Numbered from the stretch's first letter, positions 41,848-51,744 are shown. The stretch: 64,000 nucleotides of DNA from a bacterium (GCA_021781955.1 JAJXVV010000002.1:10730-74729); one strand, 5' to 3'. Notes: generated by a model from the letters alone, not told the origin. Made by a program: numbers and translations.

Positions 41848-42777
41848 ATGAGCACCTGGAGCAACATAAAGCGCGTGGGCCGATACGGTCTCATCGGATT
41901 CATCCGCAATGGGTTCGTTTCGCTCGCCGCCATCCTCATCATGACGATCACGCTCTTCGTGGTCGCGGTCTTGCTGATCGGCAGCGCGGCGCTCACGTCG
42001 GTCTTGCAGCAGCTGACCAGCAACGTCGACGTCACGGTGTATTTCACGACCAACGCCGGTCAGGATCAGATTCAGCAGCTGCAGCAATCGCTCCAAGCCT
42101 TGCCTGAAGTAGCGTCGGTCACGTACGTCTCCGCCGATCAGGCGCTCTCGCAGTTCCAAGCGCGCCACCAGAACGACCAGCTCATCATGCAGGCGTTGCA
42201 GGAGGTCGGCGGCAATCCGCTTGGCGCGTCGCTCGAGATCAAGGCGAAGGATACCTCGCAGTACCAGACTATCGCGCAGTACCTCTCGACCGCGCAGCAG
42301 AGCGGCACCGACATGGGCAATGCGATCGACACCATCAACTACTACCAAAATCAGGCGGCAATACAGCGCCTGACCCAGATCATCAACGCCGCTCGCGCGC
42401 TGGGGCTCGGCGTGGCGCTCGTGCTCGGCCTCGCATCGCTTTTGATCGCGTTCAATACGATACGTCTCGCTATCTACACCGCGCGCGATGAGATCGGCGT
42501 CATGAACTTGGTCGGTGCCTCGCCGTGGTTCGTCCAGGGGCCCTTCATCGTAGCGGGCATGCTTTACGGCGTCATTTCTGGCCTCATTGTGCTTGTGCTC
42601 TTGTATCCCATCACGCTTTATCTGGGGCCGGGGAGCGAGGCGTTCCTGGGCTCATTCAACGTGTTCGACTACTTCGTGAGCACCTTCCCGCTCCTTTTCC
42701 TCGTGGTCATGGGCACGGGGGTTGGTTTGGGCGCTATCTCGAGCTTTTTGGCGGTGCGTCGGTATCTCCACAGCTAA
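41848..42777 (+). CDS. ftsX: Cell division permease FtsX
   Basis: NPL..S, NTIRL.I..RDEI.VM.LVGA. Confidence 0.9.
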   Translation: MSTWSNIKRVGRYGLIGFIRNGFVSLAAILIMTITLFVVAVLLIGSAALTSVLQQLTSNVDVTVYFTTNAGQDQIQQLQQSLQALPEVASVTYVSADQALSQFQARHQNDQLIMQALQEVGGNPLGASLEIKAKDTSQYQTIAQYLSTAQQSGTDMGNAIDTINYYQNQAAIQRLTQIINAARALGLGVALVLGLASLLIAFNTIRLAIYTARDEIGVMNLVGASPWFVQGPFIVAGMLYGVISGLIVLVLLYPITLYLGPGSEAFLGSFNVFDYFVSTFPLLFLVVMGTGVGLGAISSFLAVRRYLHS

Positions 42778-42820
42778 GGAGGTTGCGAGCATGCCCGCGC
42801 GGCATGGTAGAGTGGTCCTC

Positions 42821-44473
42821 ATGAGCAGTGCGCGCTCGGGTCATTCGTATATTTTCGTCATTGGCGGCGTCATGTCGGCGGTCGGCAAAGGCATCGCCAC
42901 TGCCTCGATAGGGAAAGTGCTCACGGCGCGAGGATTGTCCGTCAATCTCGTGAAGATCGACCCGTATCTCAACGTGGACGCCGGCACGATGAACCCCATT
43001 GAGCACGGCGAGGTCTTCGTGCTCGACTCTGGCTTGGAGACCGATCAGGACATGGGCAACTACGAGCGCTATTTGGGACGCGATCTCGGGCCCGACGACT
43101 ACATGACCTCCGGCATGATCTACCAGAGCGTCATCACGCGGGAGCGCAATCTCGAGTACCATGGAAAGTGCGTTGAAGCGATACCGCACGTGCGCGATGA
43201 GATCGTGCGTCGTCTCAAGCGCGCCGCGGAGGTATCCAGTTCCGACATTTCCGTCGTCGAGATTGGTGGTACGGTCGGCGATTTTCAGAACGCGCTCTTC
43301 ATCGACGCGGCGCGCGTCATCCATCTCGAGCAGCCGGACAATGTCGTGTTCGTCATGGTCTCCTACCTGCCAGTGCCGGGCACGGTAGGAGAGATGAAAA
43401 CGAAACCGACGCAAACGGCAGTGCGCGAGCTCAATTCGTACGGCGTTCAGCCCGACATCATCATAGCGCGCTCGACGCACGCGCTCGATCAGAAGCGCAA
43501 GGAGAAACTCTCAATATCATGCAGCGTCCGTCCGGAACACATCATCTCTGCGCCCGACGTCGACTCCATCTACGACGTGCCGCTCAATTTCGAGCGCGAT
43601 CAGCTTTCCGACACGCTCCTGCGGCTTCTCGGTATCGAGGCGAAACAGAAGGCCGACCTTGCCGAATGGGAGGAGTTCGCCGCGCATGCGCACAATGGCA
43701 AGGGAAGCGTGAAGATCGGCATCGTCGGCAAGTACTTCGACACGGGCGACTTCGTGCTTTCGGACGCATACATCTCCGTCATCGAGGCGATCAAGTTCTC
43801 GGCGTACCGTGCGGGCGTGAAGCCGGAGATCGAGTGGCTCAATGCCAAGAAATACGAATCCGATCCCGCATCCATCAAGGAGCTGGAAGCGTGCGACGGC
43901 ATCCTCGTGCCGGGAGGCTTCGGCGAAACGGGCATCGAGGGGAAGATTGCCGCTATCCGCTTCGCGCGCGAGCACAAGATCCCGTACTTCGGCCTCTGCT
44001 ACGGCATGCAGCTCATGACCGTCGAGTTCGCGCGCAACGTCGCGGGCCTCGCAGGCGCGCACACGACCGAGATCGATCCGAAGACCGAGCACCCGATCAT
44101 CGCCATTTTGCCCGAGCAGGCGGAAAAGCTCGCCAAGAAAAATTACGGCGGCACGATGCGCTTGGGCGCCTACCCCTGCACGCTCGAGAAGGGTACCATC
44201 GCCGCCGATTCGTATAAGAAGGGCGATATTTCTGAGCGTCATCGCCACCGCTACGAGGTCAATCCGGACTACGTCGAACAGCTCGCGAAAGCCGGTCTCG
44301 TTTTTTCCGGCCGCTCGCCCGACGGCCACCTCATGGAGATAGCCGAGCTTCCCAAGAGCGTGCATCCCTTCATGCTCGGCACGCAGTTCCACCCCGAACT
44401 GCGCGCCCGGCCGCTTACGCCGCACCCGCTCTTCAGCGCGTTCATCAAAGCCGCGATCGAAAAGCGCGGGTAA
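42821..44473 (+). CDS. pyrG: CTP synthase
   Basis: GGVMS..GKG, DPYLN.D.GTM.P.EHGEVFV, KTKPTQ, GLCYGMQ, ERHRHRYE, QFHPE. Confidence 0.96.
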   Translation: MSSARSGHSYIFVIGGVMSAVGKGIATASIGKVLTARGLSVNLVKIDPYLNVDAGTMNPIEHGEVFVLDSGLETDQDMGNYERYLGRDLGPDDYMTSGMIYQSVITRERNLEYHGKCVEAIPHVRDEIVRRLKRAAEVSSSDISVVEIGGTVGDFQNALFIDAARVIHLEQPDNVVFVMVSYLPVPGTVGEMKTKPTQTAVRELNSYGVQPDIIIARSTHALDQKRKEKLSISCSVRPEHIISAPDVDSIYDVPLNFERDQLSDTLLRLLGIEAKQKADLAEWEEFAAHAHNGKGSVKIGIVGKYFDTGDFVLSDAYISVIEAIKFSAYRAGVKPEIEWLNAKKYESDPASIKELEACDGILVPGGFGETGIEGKIAAIRFAREHKIPYFGLCYGMQLMTVEFARNVAGLAGAHTTEIDPKTEHPIIAILPEQAEKLAKKNYGGTMRLGAYPCTLEKGTIAADSYKKGDISERHRHRYEVNPDYVEQLAKAGLVFSGRSPDGHLMEIAELPKSVHPFMLGTQFHPELRARPLTPHPLFSAFIKAAIEKRG

Positions 44474-44534
44474 CGCACAGGGACGCCGCTCAAGCTCGCA
44501 TCGCCCAGCATCGAGTGTTTGCCCGGTGACCGCG

Positions 44535-45137
44535 CTATTTGAACGTCACGCCTGCGGGAAGCGTGAGCATGCTCACCACCGGTATCCACGGGTGGCAGTC
44601 CCAGCTGACGTTGTTGTCGCTCGTCCCTAGTGTTTTGTTGCCCCCGAGCGATTGCGGAAGGAGCGTCGCGACATCGCTCGCAGAATGCACGGAACTCGCC
44701 GTGCCTGAGATCATGCCCTCCGTCCAGGTGTAGAGCGTCGTGCCGTTGAAGAGCATGATGGTATTCGTCGAGATGCCCTGCGGCGTAGTGGAGCGGAATT
44801 CGCCGCGGATCTTCCCGCCGCTGATGTAGAGCGCATCGACGCTGCGCGCCGTCGAGCCCGTGGAGACCTGCTGGTACGAGCAGGTGGTATTGCCCATGTT
44901 CCGCACGAGCGACTGGAGCGACTGGAGCGGCGTTGGGCCGGACGGAGCGGTCGCGCGCGTTGCGGACGATCTACTGGCCGGTACGGGAGCGGTCGTCGTC
45001 GCGGTCGATGTCGCTGCGGTGGATGACGCGACCTCGGTCGTCGAAGGAGCGACGACTTGCTGCGGTTTTGCAAGGAACCACGCCGCGATGAGGATAATGG
45101 CGATACCGAACAGCGCGTACACGATATAAAAGCGCAT
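44535..45137 (-). CDS. Membrane-anchored hypothetical protein
   Basis: N-terminal TM, Thr/Ala linker, Cys-flanked beta domain; the ORF extension to 46025 is a guaB shadow. Confidence 0.7.
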   Translation of the reverse strand: MRFYIVYALFGIAIILIAAWFLAKPQQVVAPSTTEVASSTAATSTATTTAPVPASRSSATRATAPSGPTPLQSLQSLVRNMGNTTCSYQQVSTGSTARSVDALYISGGKIRGEFRSTTPQGISTNTIMLFNGTTLYTWTEGMISGTASSVHSASDVATLLPQSLGGNKTLGTSDNNVSWDCHPWIPVVSMLTLPAGVTFK

Positions 45138-45198
45138 AAGCACAAAGTTCGCTAATGGATATGCTCCTATCCTACCACCCGCGGCTTTCTTCGTCGCG

Positions 45199-45226
45199 TT
45201 GACGTTTCCCGGCGGGAAAGTACAAT
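45199..45226 (+). promoter_or_regulatory. Sigma70 promoter of guaB (leaderless)
   Basis: TTGACG-N16-TACAAT, ATG 5 nt downstream. Confidence 0.65.
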
Positions 45227-45231
45227 GGGCC

Positions 45232-46275
45232 ATGGCAGCGAAGATTCTCAAGGAAGCCTTTACCTTCGACGACGTGCTCATCCGCCCGGGCGAAAGTCGG
45301 ATGGAGCCGGCCGAGGCAATGCTCAAAACCACGATAGCGGGCATCGAACTCTCGGTGCCGTTCCTTTCCGCAGCGATGGATCGCGTGACGGGAGCGCGGC
45401 TCGCCATCGAGCTCGGAAAACTCGGCGGCCTGGGCGTTCTGCACCGGAATTGTTCAGTGGAAGAGCAGGTCGCGATGGTCAAAGAAGTGAAAGCAGCTGG
45501 AGTGAAAGTGGCCGCGGCATGCGGTCCTTTTGCTGCCGACCGTGCTCGCGCACTCGACCTAGCAGGCTGCGACGCCATCGTCATCGACACCGCGCACGGG
45601 CACAACATGAACGTCGTCGAGAGCGCGAAGAAGATAAAGAAGTCGCTCAACCACGCGAAGGTGATATTCGGCAACATTGCGACCAGCGAGGCGGCGAAGG
45701 CCGTGTGCCCGTTCGTCGATGCGGTCAAGGTCGGCGTCGGTCCCGGCTCCATCTGCACGACCCGCCTTATCTCCGGAGTGGGCGTGCCGCAGCTCTCAGC
45801 GGTCTTGGAGGTCGTTGCGGTCGCAAAAAAGCAGAAAGTACCGGTCATCGCCGACGGCGGCATACGCACTTCCGGCGATATCGCCAAAGCGCTCGCTGCG
45901 GGCGCCTCGGCCGTCATGCTCGGCAATCTGTTCGCCGGTACCGACGAGGCGCCCGGCAATGTCGTCGAAAGCGATGGCCGTAAGTACAAGGAGTATCGCG
46001 GCATGGGATCCGAAGCGGTCATCAAGAGCGCGTCCGGCGCCGAACGTTACTTCACGCATGGCCGTAAAGCGGTTCCCGAAGGTGTCGAGGCGACGGTGCC
46101 GTACAAGGGTCCGTTGCACGACGTCGTCGCGTCGCTCTCTTCGGGCGTGCAGGTCGGCATGGGCTACGTGGGCGCGAAGACAATACCCGAGTTCGAGAAA
46201 AAGGCGCAGTTCGTGCGCATCACGCACGCGGCTATTGCCGAAGGCAAGCCGCACTCGCTCTCGAGCATCAAGTAG
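45232..46275 (+). CDS. guaB: IMP dehydrogenase lacking the CBS subdomain
   Basis: SAAMD.VT, IDTAHGH, GPGSICTTR, ADGGI, YRGMGS, RY flap, PEG. Confidence 0.88.
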   Translation: MAAKILKEAFTFDDVLIRPGESRMEPAEAMLKTTIAGIELSVPFLSAAMDRVTGARLAIELGKLGGLGVLHRNCSVEEQVAMVKEVKAAGVKVAAACGPFAADRARALDLAGCDAIVIDTAHGHNMNVVESAKKIKKSLNHAKVIFGNIATSEAAKAVCPFVDAVKVGVGPGSICTTRLISGVGVPQLSAVLEVVAVAKKQKVPVIADGGIRTSGDIAKALAAGASAVMLGNLFAGTDEAPGNVVESDGRKYKEYRGMGSEAVIKSASGAERYFTHGRKAVPEGVEATVPYKGPLHDVVASLSSGVQVGMGYVGAKTIPEFEKKAQFVRITHAAIAEGKPHSLSSIK

Positions 46276-46358
46276 TGCCGCACAGCGCTGATCTGAACGG
46301 CGACGGCACCGTCGGTCTCGCCGACTTCAGCGTCATGCTCTTCCGCTGGACGGGGTAA
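46275..46358 (+). pseudogene. Isolated dockerin/EF-hand-like repeat (relic or 27-aa micro-ORF)
   Basis: ADLNGDGTVGLADFSVMLFRWTG-stop; GTG overlaps the guaB stop. Confidence 0.55.
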
Positions 46359-46379
46359 CTGTCGTCAAGCGCGGCACGC

Positions 46380-47393
46380 CTATAAATAGAGGTTGGACGC
46401 GCGCTTACGGTCGACGAACGCCGCCTCGAAGGCCCACTGCACGGTCTGCTTGAGCTGCGCCTCGTCGAGCGTGCCGTGTTCGCGCAGCATGGCGAGCTCT
46501 TGCGGCAGGGTCGTTTTGAGCATCGAGGGGTTGTCGGTGTTGATGCAGAATTTCACGCCGCCCCTCCAAAGCGTTTGCAGCACCTCGCGCAGATGATCGA
46601 AATCGCGGATGAACTTCACGCTCATGTTCGAGGTGGGGCACAGGCACAGCGTCAGGTTTTTCTTGGCGACGAGCTCCATGAGCGCGGGGTCTTCGTAGGC
46701 GCGGAAACCGTGATTGACCCGGTCGAGCGGCAATACCTCGAGCACGTGGCGCATCTCCTCGGCCGTTCCGTCCTCGCCGGTGTGCACGGTCGTCTTGAGT
46801 CCTGCCTCGCGCGCCATCGCGTAGAGATCGGCGTAGTCGTCGTACGAGAAACCGTCGCCCTTGGGGCCGGCTATGTCGATGCCCACGACGCCGCGGCGCG
46901 CGTAGAGCATCGCTTTTTTCACGATGATCTCGTTGACCTCTTTGGGCAGACGGCGGTCGAGCAGGAGGATGAGACCCGCACGCACGGTGGGGAATTCCGC
47001 GAGCGCGCGCTCCATGCCGCGCAGCGCGCCCAGGATGATGTCGTCGAGATCGCGTTCGCCCTGCCGGTTGCGGTACATCGGATTGAAGCCCGGCTCCATC
47101 AGCGTGATGCCGCTGGAGCGGTACGCGCCGGAGACCACCTCGTAGACCGTGCGTTCCATCGCGACCGGCGAGGATTGGATGAGCTCGGTCCAGTGGAAGA
47201 GCGCGTGGTAGTCCTCCCAGGTCGTCGTCTCTTTGTTGAGTGTGATGAAATCGTGGAAATCCTCGTAGGATTTGGAGGGGAGCTTGATGCCTTGCTCGTG
47301 GGCGATGGCCCACAGGATGTGGGGTTCGAGGGATTGGCCGAGGTGGAAGTGGAGCTCGGCGAGTGGCTGCGAACCGCGTTTGGGTATGTCCAT
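46380..47393 (-). CDS. add: Adenosine deaminase family protein
   Basis: ELHFHL, G.DIAG, TVHTGE, RVNHG, CPTSN, NTDNP. Confidence 0.88.
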   Translation of the reverse strand: MDIPKRGSQPLAELHFHLGQSLEPHILWAIAHEQGIKLPSKSYEDFHDFITLNKETTTWEDYHALFHWTELIQSSPVAMERTVYEVVSGAYRSSGITLMEPGFNPMYRNRQGERDLDDIILGALRGMERALAEFPTVRAGLILLLDRRLPKEVNEIIVKKAMLYARRGVVGIDIAGPKGDGFSYDDYADLYAMAREAGLKTTVHTGEDGTAEEMRHVLEVLPLDRVNHGFRAYEDPALMELVAKKNLTLCLCPTSNMSVKFIRDFDHLREVLQTLWRGGVKFCINTDNPSMLKTTLPQELAMLREHGTLDEAQLKQTVQWAFEAAFVDRKRASNLYL

Positions 47394-47496
47394 GCATCAT
47401 TTTGGCAGGCCGCAGAGCCGAGTGCAAGCGCTCGTGCTGCGCGGTCTCGTACGCTCCTTTGACCGCGCTCTTCGCAGCGTGCACAATGGCGCTGTC

Positions 47497-48192
47497 ATGC
47501 CCGTCCGCATCAACAAATACCTGGCCGACCACAACTACTGCACGCGGCGCGAGGCCGACACGCTCATCGCGGCTGGCAAAGTGTTCGTGAACGGCATATC
47601 CGCCGTGATAGGGCAAAAGGTGAGCGAGAGGGATACGGTGGAGGTGCGCGCCGCGCCGCGCGCCTATCGCTACTACGCCTACCACAAGCCGCGTGGCGTC
47701 ATCACCCATTCGCCCCAGCTCGGCGAGAAGGATATCGCGGCGAGCACGAAGCTCCCCGGCGTTTTTCCCGTCGGCCGGCTCGACAAGGACTCGCACGGCC
47801 TCATCGTCCTCACCGACGATGCGCGCGTCACCGATCGGCTCCTGAGTCCCGGGCGTGAGCACGACAAGGAGTATCGCGTGGCGACAACGCAGGTGCTCAC
47901 CAACCGATTCAAGGAACGCATGGAGAAAGGTGTCGATATCGGCGGCTACACGACAAAACCCTGCCGCGTGCGGCTCGGGGGGCAGAAGTCATTTTTCATC
48001 ACGCTCACCGAAGGCAAGAAGCACCAGATACGCCGTATGTGCGCGGCGCTCCGGGTCGATATCCGGGACCTCGAGCGCACGCGCATCATGAACATCCATT
48101 TGGGCGACCTCGCCGTCGGCACACATCGCCGCATCGAGGGAGCCGAGCTCGCGGAGTTCCTGCAGAAGCTCGGGCTTGCGGCTGCCCGCTAG
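47497..48192 (+). CDS. rRNA pseudouridine synthase with S4 domain (RsuA/RluB/RluF family)
   Basis: RINKYLA..RREAD, GRLDKDS.GL, EGKKHQIRRM. Confidence 0.92.
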   Translation: MPVRINKYLADHNYCTRREADTLIAAGKVFVNGISAVIGQKVSERDTVEVRAAPRAYRYYAYHKPRGVITHSPQLGEKDIAASTKLPGVFPVGRLDKDSHGLIVLTDDARVTDRLLSPGREHDKEYRVATTQVLTNRFKERMEKGVDIGGYTTKPCRVRLGGQKSFFITLTEGKKHQIRRMCAALRVDIRDLERTRIMNIHLGDLAVGTHRRIEGAELAEFLQKLGLAAAR

Positions 48193-48271
48193 GCAAAGTA
48201 GGGCGGTTGAGCGCGGGGCGGTTTTCGGCTATTCTGTAGCGACATTGCGGGAATATTCCCGCGAATGTTTT

Positions 48272-48342
48272 TGCGGGATCGTCTAATGGTAGGACATCTG
48301 CCTCTGGAGCAGAGTATCTTGGTTCGAGTCCAAGTCCCGCAG
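48272..48342 (+). tRNA. tRNA-Gln(CTG), integration target
   Basis: TGCGGGA/TCCCGCA acceptor, CT-CTG-GA loop. Confidence 0.95.
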
Positions 48343-49941
48343 CAATCGTGGATTTTGAGAGTAGATTTCTCCCAAATCCCTTGCAACACCAACGTCTTTT
48401 GGCGGTTCTAACGCTGCCGTAATGCGCCGCACTTCATCGGCAGAGTTTCGTATCGGGAACAGTAGATTATCCAAAGAAATCGTGAGTTTTCCGTCCTTTA
48501 GTGTGTAGTCCGAACCCAAGGCGTTGAATATGTCCCGTTTTACCTCAAGGAGCTGTTTTTGCTGTGCCTTGTTGAATACGGCCACGGATGTCTCCGCGAA
48601 GTTGAACCCGCGCTCGGCAATCTCCAACCAGTTCTCAACGCGCTTGTCCGTGTCTTTGAGGTATGCCCACAAACGGTTTTTCTCGGCGAGCAATATCTCC
48701 TTGCGCTCTCGAAACTCACGCTCGTCAATCTCGCTGTTGGCTCGCATATCAATCAGGTTATCTATCTTGCGAACGCAAGCGTCGTACTCGCGGCGCTGGT
48801 TGCCGCTTATCTTTTCTCGGTCTTCAACCTCCTGCGCGTTCATCTCTTTGAGTCGCGCCACTGCCCACTTCTTGAAGTCAGCGGGGATTTGGAGCGCCGC
48901 AAGTTCTTTGGCGATTTGCTTCTCAAGCTCTTTCTCCTCGATGGAGAGTTGCGAGCAGTTCGGGTACTTCCGCTTGGTGCAGTGGTAATAGGTGTAATGC
49001 GCGACTCCGCCCTTGGCGAGCTTCTTGAGCTTTTCCTCGGCGGTGATGAGTGCCCCGCACTCGCCGCAGTGTATCGGACCGCGATACACGAGGTCGTGCC
49101 TTGAGTGCGGGCGCGGATTTCCTTTTCTGCCGAGCAAGAACTGGATGCGGTCGTACTCATCACGGGTCATAAGCGGCTCGTGCGTCCCCGTGTACCAAAG
49201 GCCGCTGCCGACAGGGTATTCAAACTCTCCGTAGTAGAACGTCCGCGTGAACAGATTGTAAATGCTGCTCCGCGCCATTTTCTTGCCGTTCGGTCCGCGA
49301 AAACCCCACTCCTCGTTCGCAATCTCAAGTATCTGGGGCGGCGTGTAGTTGCCCGTGAGCATCAAGTCCACCATGCGGCGCAGGAGCGGAAAACGCTCTT
49401 TGTCGGTATAAACCTTTTTCTTGCCGCGCTCCTCGTATTTGTCATTGAGATAGCCGATAGGGGCAGGTGCGGGGTAAGTGCCCATCTTCGCTTTCTGCTC
49501 AAGCCCGCGCTTCACGTCGCGCCCTTTCTTCGCACTCTCGTATTGCGACTGCGACAATGCCATTTGTAGCATCCAAATGCCCTCGGGCGAGTTGTTCTCA
49601 AAGTGATAAGTCGCAAACTTGAGGTCGCTGATTTCACCCGTGCGGAGCATATAGGTGAGGGAGCTTGCGTCCACCTCATTGCGCGAGAGACGGTCTGGGT
49701 GCCATGCGAGAAGTCCTTGGCGCTCACCGCTACGGGTACGCAAAAGCATATCGCTGAACTTTGGACGATTGTGCGGGATGAACGCGCTACGCTCTTCCTC
49801 CACAAACTCAATATCCAAATCCCCGAACATCTCTATGAGCTTTGCTCGCTGCGCGGGGATGGAGAGCGCTTGCTTTTCTTTATCCTCCGATGATTTGCGG
49901 AGATAGGCAAAGTATTTGATTTTGTCTTTGTTTTTATTCAT
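48283..49941 (-). CDS. Large serine recombinase
   Basis: YLRKSS, RPKF, DRLSRN, PIGY, HEPL, CGECG..YYHC..C zinc ribbon, coiled coil; 3' end overlaps the tRNA antisense. Confidence 0.93.
   Translation of the reverse strand: MNKNKDKIKYFAYLRKSSEDKEKQALSIPAQRAKLIEMFGDLDIEFVEEERSAFIPHNRPKFSDMLLRTRSGERQGLLAWHPDRLSRNEVDASSLTYMLRTGEISDLKFATYHFENNSPEGIWMLQMALSQSQYESAKKGRDVKRGLEQKAKMGTYPAPAPIGYLNDKYEERGKKKVYTDKERFPLLRRMVDLMLTGNYTPPQILEIANEEWGFRGPNGKKMARSSIYNLFTRTFYYGEFEYPVGSGLWYTGTHEPLMTRDEYDRIQFLLGRKGNPRPHSRHDLVYRGPIHCGECGALITAEEKLKKLAKGGVAHYTYYHCTKRKYPNCSQLSIEEKELEKQIAKELAALQIPADFKKWAVARLKEMNAQEVEDREKISGNQRREYDACVRKIDNLIDMRANSEIDEREFRERKEILLAEKNRLWAYLKDTDKRVENWLEIAERGFNFAETSVAVFNKAQQKQLLEVKRDIFNALGSDYTLKDGKLTISLDNLLFPIRNSADEVRRITAALEPPKDVGVARDLGEIYSQNPRLLRDLDSNQDTLLQRQMSYH
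48328..48344 (+). repeat. att core, left copy (tRNA-Gln 3' end)
   Basis: Identical to 62081-62097. Confidence 0.9.
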
Positions 49942-49943
49942 AC

Positions 49944-50079
49944 AAAAACCCGAAAGGGACGGTCTGGTTGACCCGATATGAGCAATCGCGGGGATTGAAC
50001 AGCATAGCGGCAGACCGCCCCTCTCGGGCAACTATACCGTTCAACAAAAAATCCTCGCGTCTTCGCATATCGGGTCAAC
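49944..50079 (-). promoter_or_regulatory. Structured leader/attenuator of the recombinase
   Basis: 18-bp stem followed by TTTTT just before the ATG; 14-bp inverted repeat 49967-49980/50066-50079; TATAGT at 50036-50031. Confidence 0.6.
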
Positions 50080-50086
50080 ATAAGCA

Positions 50087-51268
50087 TTATATGCCACTTT
50101 CCAGCAAGGCCAAAGTGATAAGAGTGAACTTCTCAAGCTCGCCATCCACGAAAGCGATGCAGTTTGAATAGGGCAATCCGCTCGTAAAATCAGCCGCTGT
50201 TCGCATTTTGCGCGTGAGCCGTTCCGAGTGGTCCGTGCTCCATATCCCGAATATCACGCGGCGAACTTCTTTTGCTCCATGTTCGCGTATCGCTTGTGCG
50301 AGGCCGTATGAGGTCAAAGCGTTGTTCAAGGAGTGCGCCGAGCTATGTTCTTTCGCTTTTGTAAGGATGTGCAGAAGCAAACCGAGTTTGTCGGAAGGAC
50401 CGAGTAGCGCGAGCTGGTTTTCAGGACGCTGTATGAGAACGCGCCACGAGTTGACGACCATGCTCTTACACAGGTCTGGAATGAACAGGTCGCTGAACAC
50501 AATGGGCGTTTTGGCATCCCTCCCAAGAAGTGTGTTCACTTCGCGCATGACCGTTTGCATTTTCTTGATGCGATATTCGTAGCGAAACACCTCCTTTTGC
50601 CGCAAACCGTAGCGCTCTATGACCTCGCGCTCGGGACTGATACGCCATTTATCCTTACGTTTATTCTTGGGGCGCATGGCGTCCGAGACCTTATCGTAAA
50701 AGGCGCGGTCAATCGTTCCAGCGTAGATGTTGAGTACCCGCCCACCTTGCTTGTGCTGGGTACTCGTTACGTCTACCACCTTGCTGATATCCACCCGCAT
50801 CAGCTCATCCAACACCTCCTGCATCCTGATTGCTTTGGGCAGAGGGACGTTCTTGCAAAAATGGACGGCCGCGACGCGGGCACTTTCTATCACGTCGCTT
50901 TTGACATAGACGCCGACATCCTCAAGACCTGCTTTGAGCGCCTGTATCGTTTTGATTTTGTCCGTATGCGTTGCCTCCTGCAAGCTGTCGCCAAAGAGCA
51001 GTTTGGGGACGGAAAAGGTAATCATCAAAACGTACTGAACTGCCTTGCGTTCTTTCGCCAGCGTCTCGAACATTTCGACTTTGGGGCGGTAGAAATGCTG
51101 ATGTTTTGGGCGCAGCACGAAATGTCGCAGATACGGATGCACGGACTGCTGCTCTGACGGCGTGAGGTCTTGGTAGGTGCGGCTTTTTATCAGCTCTGGC
51201 ACCCAGAGTGTTTTGTCCTGAACCCTGAACGTATCGCGTCCGTAGATTTTGAGAATGATGGTATCCAT
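50087..51268 (-). CDS. Putative replication initiator (phage/plasmid gene II/X-like)
   Basis: FSVPKLLFG, HFCKN, FYDK, RYEYR motifs; position beside the integrase; family assignment from recall. Confidence 0.5.
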   Translation of the reverse strand: MDTIILKIYGRDTFRVQDKTLWVPELIKSRTYQDLTPSEQQSVHPYLRHFVLRPKHQHFYRPKVEMFETLAKERKAVQYVLMITFSVPKLLFGDSLQEATHTDKIKTIQALKAGLEDVGVYVKSDVIESARVAAVHFCKNVPLPKAIRMQEVLDELMRVDISKVVDVTSTQHKQGGRVLNIYAGTIDRAFYDKVSDAMRPKNKRKDKWRISPEREVIERYGLRQKEVFRYEYRIKKMQTVMREVNTLLGRDAKTPIVFSDLFIPDLCKSMVVNSWRVLIQRPENQLALLGPSDKLGLLLHILTKAKEHSSAHSLNNALTSYGLAQAIREHGAKEVRRVIFGIWSTDHSERLTRKMRTAADFTSGLPYSNCIAFVDGELEKFTLITLALLESGI

Positions 51269-51292
51269 AATGATTTTTGTTGGCGGTGTATT

Positions 51293-51472
51293 TCAAGGAA
51301 CCCTACGGGGTTCTGGCACGGTGTTTTGTGCGGCCGCGGCGCGGCTCACGACTTCGACCAAGCGGATGAGGCGCAGGGCTTTTTCAAGTGCCTGCGCTTT
51401 CGTGATGTCTGTTCCAAAGTGCTTTTTGTAGAGCGCTTGAAACTCGGCGATATGTTCATCCGCGATGACCAT
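51293..51472 (-). CDS. 59-aa hypothetical protein (absent from ORF track)
   Basis: MVIADEHIAEFQALYKKHFGTDITKAQALEKALRLIRLVEVV...; tightly spaced in the operon. Confidence 0.65.
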   Translation of the reverse strand: MVIADEHIAEFQALYKKHFGTDITKAQALEKALRLIRLVEVVSRAAAAQNTVPEPRRVP

Positions 51473-51477
51473 AACGC

Positions 51478-51744
51478 CTATTCGCTGTAGAGACGGTTCT
51501 TGAGCATCTTGGTCGCGTCAAAGTAAGTTCGTGCCTTCACTTCAAGGCGGTCCGCCCAGTACGCATCAATCACGGCGTCAATGCCGTCTGCGCGTCGGAA
51601 AACGAACTGGACTTTCTGCAAGTTCCCGCGGTCCAACGAGACAAGAGAAAAGCCAACGCTCACGAGCGCGGCTGATAAACCGAGGTCAAACGTGTAGAAG
51701 AAGCTGTTGTGGTCTTCTGGTGAAGCACCCGATTTCTTTTTCAT
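51478..51744 (-). CDS. DUF5659-like small protein
   Basis: T.DLGLSAAL...GF.L..LD....V.FVF......YW......LKNRLY. Confidence 0.7.
   Translation of the reverse strand: MKKKSGASPEDHNSFFYTFDLGLSAALVSVGFSLVSLDRGNLQKVQFVFRRADGIDAVIDAYWADRLEVKARTYFDATKMLKNRLYSE

Noticed and set aside
46195-46203. -1 frameshift fusing guaB to the dockerin-like tail
   Set aside because: G-AAA-AAG is an imperfect slippery site, no stimulatory structure is evident, and it would remove the normal IMPDH C-terminus
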